Shown here piece after piece: positions 17,442 through 23,678 of a stretch of 23,678 nt of DNA (the stretch's first letter is position 1; every line of letters begins with the position of its first letter). Where the stretch lies: positions 1-23,678 of the forward strand of contig JANMPT010000033.1 of NCBI GenBank assembly GCA_031370005.1, given 5' to 3'. The translations under genes and the position numbers were made by a program. The notes under the pieces were generated by a model that was not told where the DNA came from, made no database searches, and was given only the letters and a program-made list of their open reading frames with translations. The stretch is from Bdellovibrionales bacterium. Its GTDB lineage: Bacteria > Bdellovibrionota > Bdellovibrionia > Bdellovibrionales > Bdellovibrionaceae.

Positions 17442-17954
17442 ATGATGCAGTATTTTATTTTGCTAACAACTTTTATTTTAAGTCTTTCCGCTATTGAATC
17501 ATTCGCGGCTAAGAAAGTTACGAGTACTATGACTCAGAAATCATTGATGATTGAGCTTACTGGAAAAGATCCTTCAAAAGTTGATGAAGCAACACTCTAT
17601 GCTGAGATATTCAATGCCTATCGTTCAAGTGATGAGATCGGTTTTAAAAGTCGCATGCAAACGTTTATGACCCGTTTTTCAGCAAGTCCTTACGCGGATA
17701 ATGTTCTCTACCTTGCAGGGCGATTGGCATTTAGTGGGAAAAATTATGCTGAAGCAATTAAGTACTATCAAAAGGTAATTACCCTATATCCACGAAGCAA
17801 TAAAGTGGTTGCGGCAAAATTTGCTAAAGCAGTGGCTTATAAAAAAATGAATTTGGAGCCTCAGGCAAGAGGGGTTTTTACAGACTTGCGTATGCGATAC
17901 CCTGGAAGCCCTGAGGCTTTTCGTGCGGAAAATGAACTTAAACTGATGAGATAG
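17442..17954 (+). CDS. Exported TPR protein, CpoB/YbgF-like
   Basis: Signal peptide; SPYADNVLY, YPRSNK and YPGSPEA TPR pattern; GAGGTG SD. Confidence 0.8.
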   Translation: MMQYFILLTTFILSLSAIESFAAKKVTSTMTQKSLMIELTGKDPSKVDEATLYAEIFNAYRSSDEIGFKSRMQTFMTRFSASPYADNVLYLAGRLAFSGKNYAEAIKYYQKVITLYPRSNKVVAAKFAKAVAYKKMNLEPQARGVFTDLRMRYPGSPEAFRAENELKLMR

Positions 17955-17972
17955 TATCCCCACTTTCCAAGG

Positions 17973-19376
17973 ATGGAGCGAGTGCAAAAAATCTTTCTTG
18001 AAATTATGACTATGACTTTAGCAGTTGCGTTTATAGCACATGCCCAAGACGCGGATCCTGATTTTAGAACCGAAGAACGTTTTCATCGCACTTACAAAAA
18101 CTATAACCAAGTTCCTACTTCTGAAGCGGCTTGGGAAAAAGTTTTATCAGGGCGTCATGCAAGTACATACTCAATTCAAAGCAAAGACACTCTCTGGGAT
18201 GTCAGCCACACCCTTTTCGGTGATTCGTATTATTGGCCGAAGGTTTGGTCTTATAATACAGATGAAATTCAAAATCCTCACGAGATCAATCCAAAGCAAG
18301 TGATAAAGTTCTATCCTGGAACCTTGGCAGAGCCCCCAACTGTGGGCTTGGCAGATAAAGGCGATACTCCAGAGGCAATGCCCAGTCATGTTCTAGAAAA
18401 AAATAAAGAGGGTGCCCTTGAGGGCTTTAAAATTCCCCCTACGACAAGAATAAGCCGGCCATTGGTTAAAAACCTTCCAGATAGCATACCGCTTTATCGC
18501 ATGGGTGACGTGAATAGACCGCCTATTGATTACGAAATTAGTGGTGAGCGTGTGAAATACACAACTGCTCAGAAGTATTTGTCATATTATGTCGTTGACG
18601 AGCCGCTCAATACCGTTGGCGAAGTGGTGGAGATGGAACATGCGGATGAGCAAACCACTGGGGAGTATACAGCCATTATCGTGAGAGTTTCTAATGCCGC
18701 GAACAAACAGTATGTTGTACTTAAAGATACTACCAAACTATCTGATCCATTTGACAGTGCTGCGGTCAAAGCAAGGGTGGTTGAGGTCGAAGGTGAGATC
18801 GAAATACAAGAGCGCGTGAATGAAGGCGAAAATCTTTTTCGTGCTCTAGTGAAGAAATCAATTAATCCTCTTGAGGTGGGTGCAAAGCTTATTCCGGGAA
18901 CAATGGAAAAGTTTAATTTGGCTCCATCGGCACTTTCTACGTCGGTGCAAGCTCGGATTATTGGTGGTGAGTATGCTAGATTTGAACAAAAGATGTTTGG
19001 TACAGACAATATTGTTTTCCTCAATGCAGGAGCAAAGGATGGCTTGCAAGTGGGCTCAACTTTGCCGGTCTATCAAAACGAAAGACTCCACAAGCCAAAC
19101 ACGAAAGCCTTAACTAATGATAGAGTGATCGGGCAAATTAAGCTTATTAAGTTAGCAGATCACTTTGCCACAGGCTATGTGCTCGATTCTCAGTCAGATA
19201 TTATGATTGGTGACTATGCCGGTGGCCGAGTCGAAGCTCCCAAAGGCACTACAGCAGCGGCGCCATCAGATCAAAATGACAGCGATTTTAATTTAGATAC
19301 TGATGAGACCCCTCCAAGCCAACCCGATAAGAACAGCGAAGTCCCTGAGAGCTTCGATGACGAGTTCAAATTATAA
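17973..19376 (+). CDS. LysM peptidoglycan-binding protein, TsaP-like
   Basis: Signal peptide; YSIQSKDTLWDVS...YYWPKVW..N..IQNPHEINP; located upstream of dprA. Confidence 0.82.
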   Translation: MERVQKIFLEIMTMTLAVAFIAHAQDADPDFRTEERFHRTYKNYNQVPTSEAAWEKVLSGRHASTYSIQSKDTLWDVSHTLFGDSYYWPKVWSYNTDEIQNPHEINPKQVIKFYPGTLAEPPTVGLADKGDTPEAMPSHVLEKNKEGALEGFKIPPTTRISRPLVKNLPDSIPLYRMGDVNRPPIDYEISGERVKYTTAQKYLSYYVVDEPLNTVGEVVEMEHADEQTTGEYTAIIVRVSNAANKQYVVLKDTTKLSDPFDSAAVKARVVEVEGEIEIQERVNEGENLFRALVKKSINPLEVGAKLIPGTMEKFNLAPSALSTSVQARIIGGEYARFEQKMFGTDNIVFLNAGAKDGLQVGSTLPVYQNERLHKPNTKALTNDRVIGQIKLIKLADHFATGYVLDSQSDIMIGDYAGGRVEAPKGTTAAAPSDQNDSDFNLDTDETPPSQPDKNSEVPESFDDEFKL

Positions 19377-19434
19377 GTTAACTCTCTAGTTTTACTTTCG
19401 AGTAACCGAAAGATTGTTCGAATTCTGGACGGAT

Positions 19435-19452
19435 TAGCAGGCGAGCTTGCTA
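19435..19452 (+). other. Short intergenic hairpin before dprA
   Basis: TAGCAGG-CGAG-CTTGCTA. Confidence 0.35.
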
Positions 19453-19499
19453 CCATTGTACTTTTGGTTTGAAACACTTTTTGCAAACAAACCCTAGTT

Positions 19500-20414
19500 A
19501 TGGAAAAACTCACTCATCTTAGTCTGATTCAAAAAAATTTAAGCTATCTCCAAAGCTATCGCCGCTTGCAAGAAAGTATGATGACAATGCCTATGCATTG
19601 CGATGAGCTCCGCTCTTACCTTCGTGAAGAGGAGCCCTTTTTTTTTCGGGAAATCTGCGAACGCATCTCCACTATTCAGCAAGAGGCTGGAGAGCTGACA
19701 CGATTGAAAGATTTGGGCGTCAATTTTACATATATTGGAGAACCATCTTATCCTATGAGTTTCCACAATATGCCTGGGGCCCCTTTGTTTTTGAGTTATA
19801 AGGGGCATCCGGCATGGTCGTTCAGCAGATCACTATCAGTGGTGGGTAGTCGCGAGGCTTCACAGTTATCGCATTTATGGATGGAGGAGAGTTTTGCAGA
19901 ATTTCTTCGTCTAGAAAAACCCGTGGTGGTTAGCGGTGGCGCCCGTGGGATTGATCAGATGGCCCACAAGTTGGCACTTCGGAACTCCTGCCCAACTGTG
20001 GTTGTTTTGCCTTCAGGTCTTGGATTTATTTATCCAAAAACACTCGAAATTTGGGAGTCGAAGATCATTGATGAAGGGGGCTGCCTATTGAGCGAGTACC
20101 CTTATTTAGAGAAAATGCAAAAACATTTCTTCCATGATCGCAATCGCCTGATTGCGGGGCTTGGCGTCATGACCTTACTAGTGGAGTCTCGTCGGCGCAG
20201 CGGAAGTTTGTTAACAGCACAAAAAACTTTGCAGCTTGGTAAGACTGTGCTCGTTGTTCCAGGCCATCCATGCGACAGTTCACATCTCGGTAATCTAGAT
20301 TTGCTGAGTGAGGGCGCCACTCCGATTCGCGATGCGGAGGAATTACGCATGTATTTCCTGAGTGAGTTAAATACCCAGTTAAGGGCAGGTCCTATATCTA
20401 GTGAGTTCAAGTAA
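19500..20414 (+). CDS. dprA: DNA-processing protein DprA/Smf
   Basis: VVGSR, VVSGGARGID, LLSEYP, FHDRNRLIAG and SGSLLTA motifs. Confidence 0.95.
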   Translation: MEKLTHLSLIQKNLSYLQSYRRLQESMMTMPMHCDELRSYLREEEPFFFREICERISTIQQEAGELTRLKDLGVNFTYIGEPSYPMSFHNMPGAPLFLSYKGHPAWSFSRSLSVVGSREASQLSHLWMEESFAEFLRLEKPVVVSGGARGIDQMAHKLALRNSCPTVVVLPSGLGFIYPKTLEIWESKIIDEGGCLLSEYPYLEKMQKHFFHDRNRLIAGLGVMTLLVESRRRSGSLLTAQKTLQLGKTVLVVPGHPCDSSHLGNLDLLSEGATPIRDAEELRMYFLSELNTQLRAGPISSEFK

Positions 20415-20530
20415 GAAAGCGCCCTATATGCAGTCGACATTCTAAACTAATGACAGTTATCTTAAAAAAATGAAAAATAATGAAAAAAGCCTTTGAATAA
20501 GCCTCACCTTTAATCTTAACATTATAAGTA

Positions 20531-20620
20531 AGGGAGGGGCGGTGTGGTCAAGGATGACCGTGGTGGTATGGACGCTACTGCATCGCTCTCATTTTTAATG
20601 AGTCCCTATCTTTTTATTTT
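20531..20620 (+). ncRNA. Candidate Csr/Rsm-type sRNA (multi-branched, GGA loops)
   Basis: GGTCA-AGGA-TGACC and an ATGGA-bearing hairpin inside a GC stem; outer AGGGA/TCCCT; T-rich tail; possible promoter TTGAAT-N18-TAACAT at 20493-20522. Confidence 0.5.
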
Positions 20621-20626
20621 TCAAAT

Positions 20627-21742
20627 TTAGTTCCAATTCCTTCTTAAAGACTCAAAGCCAATGCCAGAAAATAATAGAATGGGCGACCAGACAGCAATAA
20701 CTGGCGGAAGCTGGCCATTTCGAGCCATGCCTTCAAGGGTCACATAGAGGACCCAATAGCTAATAATAATGCCAATGCACAAAATCATGCCGCCGGCTTT
20801 TGCTGCGCGACGATTTGTAGTTGTTCCAAATCCCACGCCGATAAGAGCGAAGACCAGGCAGAGTGCAGAGATTGCCCAGCGCTTATGAAATTCAGTCTCA
20901 TAAGTTCTGTGATCTTCATCGGTAAGGTCTTTCTTTTTTAAGATTTCACGAAGTTCAGTTAATGTTAAGGACTGGGCCGATTTTTCACGGATGCTATCCT
21001 GGACAGGGTCGGTGAGGCGAATATCATAGGTGTCAAATTTAATTTTGGTATGAGTTTGGGTTTTTCTATGAATATCGCCATCTTCTAAGCGTAGAAGGAC
21101 ATTGTGACCTGGAGTTTTCGTATCTGGAACAATCGCCCCGCGTTTTGCAATAATTGTCAGGGGAGCCCCGACTTCGCGCTCATCATATATAAAGACCTTT
21201 TCCAAGGTGCCTTTGTCAGAATTTACTTTGTTAGCATAGACAACCAAATCAAAAAAGCCCTCCGAAAAGGTTCCCTCCTTGATGGTGGCTGCGGCCTTGC
21301 TGTTTCCCAGACGCGAAAATAAAACTTCGAATTGGCGATTGCCCCAAGGCGCTATTTCAAAGGAAGTTTGTGCTGAAAGGATGCCGACCAGCAGTGCTAA
21401 AGCGATGGCGGGAGCTGTCAGCATTCCCATGTGAAGACCCGAGGCCTTCATGGCAACGATTTCTGAGTCGCTACTCAGGCGACCATAGGTTAAGAGAATG
21501 GCAAAGAGCAAACTCATTGGGAAGAGTGCCGGCAGGAGTGAAATACAAATATAACCCACAACCTCAGCAATGGTTTTCATATCCACACCATGTACTAGGG
21601 CAAACTCTGTTAGTCGTAGAACTTGGAACATAAGGATAATGGAAATGAAAACAATAAGGCCCAAAATGAAACTGGGGAGCATTTCAAAGAATATGTATTG
21701 GGCCGCTTTTTTTCCACGAAAAATACTCAACATAGAGGTCAT
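20627..21742 (-). CDS. lptF: LPS export ABC transporter permease LptF
   Basis: Six-TM layout; YGRLSSDSEIVAMKASG and EFHKRW motifs; periplasmic beta domain; start may be 21733. Confidence 0.88.
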   Translation of the reverse strand: MTSMLSIFRGKKAAQYIFFEMLPSFILGLIVFISIILMFQVLRLTEFALVHGVDMKTIAEVVGYICISLLPALFPMSLLFAILLTYGRLSSDSEIVAMKASGLHMGMLTAPAIALALLVGILSAQTSFEIAPWGNRQFEVLFSRLGNSKAAATIKEGTFSEGFFDLVVYANKVNSDKGTLEKVFIYDEREVGAPLTIIAKRGAIVPDTKTPGHNVLLRLEDGDIHRKTQTHTKIKFDTYDIRLTDPVQDSIREKSAQSLTLTELREILKKKDLTDEDHRTYETEFHKRWAISALCLVFALIGVGFGTTTNRRAAKAGGMILCIGIIISYWVLYVTLEGMARNGQLPPVIAVWSPILLFSGIGFESLRRNWN

Positions 21743-21815
21743 AGTTTAATCGAAGGAATCGATGATGGCTTTATTTAGTTGTAGAAATTACGTCTATTGT
21801 CTAGACGATGCCTTC

Positions 21816-21844
21816 TTGACCCCGTGGCTGAGATCCCCGACAAT
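21816..21844 (+). promoter_or_regulatory. Putative sigma70 promoter, leaderless start
   Basis: TTGACC-N17-GACAAT, 7 nt before GTG 21852. Confidence 0.5.
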
Positions 21845-21851
21845 ATTTCTT

Positions 21852-22769
21852 GTGAGTAGTAAGATATTACTGGTTTATGAAGAATATTCTGAAATGATGA
21901 GCATCCAAGCAATTTTGCAAAAAGTGGGCTTTGATGTTCTCGGCATTTCCACTGAGTACACTCTTAATGAGAACGTCCTCTCATTTAATCCTGATGTTGT
22001 TGTGGCCTTTGGTCGCGCTGGAAAAGTTACCACTATCGGTGCTGGGCGGCGTTTGCGAGAAATGACTCGTTGGCAGGGAAAAGTTATTCTCATATTGCCA
22101 GCGGGCTACAAGCCCAACCCTCAGGATTTTGCCAAGATCCGGGCTGATATGTTGCTAGAAGCTCCTATTCCCAGTTTGCGTCTTATGCAAGTCATCGGAA
22201 AGATGTTGGGTCTTGATGAGGCTCTTTTACAGGAACGCCTTGCAAAACATGGGACAGACACGGGATCAGAGGATGAAGAAAATATCATCGTTTCTGGTGG
22301 TTCAAGTTTTGAAGAAAAGAGCCAAGAAAAACCCAAGTATGATTTTGATATTAACTCTGAAAATCCGCGACAGGAAAAGAAGAGTGAGCAGGATCTAGAA
22401 GCTCTGTGGAATGAGCTTGCAGATAACCGAGAACTCAATATCACCCCTGAAGAGGAATTAGCGGCAAAAAGTCGTATTGGCAAAAAAGTTAGTTTTGATT
22501 TGGATGAGCGCAACCCAGAGTTCAGTGAAAATGAGTTAGAGAAGCTTGCTCGTGGTCTACAAAATGCTCATAACACTGAGGCTGAGCGCGTCTCAAAATA
22601 TGCTAAATTTACCGCCAAAATCACAGACTTTGACTCTCAGCAAAGCCTGAGCAAAATAGCTAGTCGCAAGGCCCAAAAAGAGCTTACAAAGTCCTGGAAT
22701 AACAAGGAAATAGAGGGTCAGGATGATCTTCGTCGTAATTTTACAAAGGCTTTGTTCAGAAAAAAATAA
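21852..22769 (+). CDS. Atypical receiver-domain protein with acidic linker and helical C-terminus
   Basis: KILLVYEE...ILQKVGFDV...NPDVVVAF; probable start GTG 21852. Confidence 0.7.
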   Translation: MSSKILLVYEEYSEMMSIQAILQKVGFDVLGISTEYTLNENVLSFNPDVVVAFGRAGKVTTIGAGRRLREMTRWQGKVILILPAGYKPNPQDFAKIRADMLLEAPIPSLRLMQVIGKMLGLDEALLQERLAKHGTDTGSEDEENIIVSGGSSFEEKSQEKPKYDFDINSENPRQEKKSEQDLEALWNELADNRELNITPEEELAAKSRIGKKVSFDLDERNPEFSENELEKLARGLQNAHNTEAERVSKYAKFTAKITDFDSQQSLSKIASRKAQKELTKSWNNKEIEGQDDLRRNFTKALFRKK

Positions 22770-22835
22770 TTGATCAAGCTTGTGTTTTCAACAATCATGC
22801 TCACTTTAGGGGTATGCTACGAACAGGAGATAAGC

Positions 22836-23162
22836 ATGGCAACATTTACGAAACCGGTTACTGACAGTTCTTTTGAAACAGATGTCCTAAACGCGAATAC
22901 ACCAGTTCTGGTGGATTTTTGGGCAGAGTGGTGTGGGCCCTGTCGAGCCTTGGGACCAAAGTTAGAAGAGGTAGCTCAAGAGTTGGGGCAAAAGGTTAAA
23001 ATTGTAAAGCTGAACGTAGATGAAAATCCTGGAACCCCAGGTAAGTATGGCGTTCGTGGCATCCCAGCTATGTTGCTTTTCAAAGGTGGCAAAGAAGTGG
23101 GTCAATTGGTTGGCAATCATCCAAAGGACGCCATCGTCGATTTCTTAAGTAAGAACAGTTAA
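22836..23162 (+). CDS. trxA: Thioredoxin
   Basis: VDFWAEWCGPC motif; ATG 22836 after CAGGAG. Confidence 0.97.
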   Translation: MATFTKPVTDSSFETDVLNANTPVLVDFWAEWCGPCRALGPKLEEVAQELGQKVKIVKLNVDENPGTPGKYGVRGIPAMLLFKGGKEVGQLVGNHPKDAIVDFLSKNS

Positions 23163-23193
23163 GTTTTACCGACCTCAGAGGGCCTTTTCCCGC

Positions 23194-23228
23194 GTGATCT
23201 TTCCAATGTTTTCGGAAGGGTCACTTTT
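23194..23228 (+). terminator. Intrinsic terminator after trxA
   Basis: 11-bp stem GTGATCTTTCC/GGAAGGGTCAC followed by TTTT. Confidence 0.65.
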
Positions 23229-23347
23229 CGTTCCGCTGGGGAGATTGACGATTTCATATTCGCGGCTGGCGCCAACTTAGAGGCCTGCTGAAGCGCCGAA
23301 GTCCATGTTAACACTCAACAAAACTCACTATTTACAACAGAAATTAA

Positions 23348-23376
23348 TTGCCATTTTTTAGCTTATAAACTATATT
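23348..23376 (+). promoter_or_regulatory. sigma70 promoter of the HUH gene
   Basis: TTGCCA-N17-TATATT; inverted repeat ATAAACT/AGTTTAT (23365-23389) brackets the -10 element. Confidence 0.6.
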
Positions 23377-23387
23377 GCCCCAAGTTT

Positions 23388-23678
23388 ATGAACAAACAAG
23401 CTAGCTTTTTTGACTACCACAAGATGAAAGAGACCAAAGCAAAATACGGCAGGACCTGCCATGGCGGCCCCACATCCTGTGGACATCGTAAAGAACAACG
23501 CCCCCTCTCCGCAGGAAAGTGGATCCACCTAGTGCTAAAATCAGAGCACGCAAAAGGGGCTTGGAGTTTTTTGACTCCTGCAAATTCAATTTACCTAGAT
23601 CAAATCCTAAGAGAAAAAGCCGCAAAGTTTGGGGTTTTCATTGCTGAGATCGTCAATGTTGGAAACCACCTTCATATC
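23388..23678 (+). CDS. Y1/HUH transposase-like protein (IS200 TnpA/RAYT-like), truncated by the window edge
   Basis: Manual translation: MNKQASFFDYHKMKETKAKYGRTCHGGPTSCGHRKEQRPLSAGKWIHLVLKSEHAKGAWSFLTPANSIYLDQILREKAAKFGVFIAEIVNVGNHLHI; HLVLKS strand and NHLH HUH motif. Confidence 0.85.
   Translation, partial: MNKQASFFDYHKMKETKAKYGRTCHGGPTSCGHRKEQRPLSAGKWIHLVLKSEHAKGAWSFLTPANSIYLDQILREKAAKFGVFIAEIVNVGNHLHI

Noticed and set aside
235..22513. Numerous short overlapping or antisense ORFs in the track (e.g. 235..570, 14250..14597, 18587..19024, 20102..20440, 22121..22513)
   Set aside because: They overlap well-supported genes and lack motifs or ribosome-binding sites
23401..23625. 74-aa minus-strand ORF
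   Set aside because: Antisense shadow of the HUH gene
1..23678. CRISPR array, tRNA/rRNA, prophage or altered genetic code
   Set aside because: No regularly spaced repeats, no tRNA T-loop or cloverleaf signatures and no phage genes seen; conserved genes read intact in the standard code

Overview
Gene-dense bacterial chromosome segment. Gene content and promoter types suggest a Bdellovibrionota-like predator (inference). Left to right: two secreted hypothetical proteins, a FAH hydrolase and SixA-like phosphatase, hslO, a rhomboid plus RDD/TamB-like/TPR pair, a matrixin lipoprotein, a coiled-coil/Hsp20 fusion, a PA14 lipoprotein, a tandem PBECR-like protein, an orphan ThiF, a competence locus (split comEC, TPR protein, LysM/TsaP-like protein, dprA), lptF, a pseudo-receiver and trxA. 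At the right edge is a truncated Y1/HUH (IS200/RAYT-like) gene that the ORF track misses. The least explained signal is non-coding. Several GC-rich intergenic elements fold into multi-stem structures with G-U pairs favouring the + strand (~1070, ~7630, ~20530, ~23175). One has CsrA-type GGA loops, and a promoter-bounded small transcript sits at ~1700. Regulatory sites include sigma54 boxes, sigma28 boxes at apparently leaderless genes, and a CIRCE-like repeat at hslO. No tRNA, rRNA or CRISPR array was seen. All folds and family calls were made by eye.
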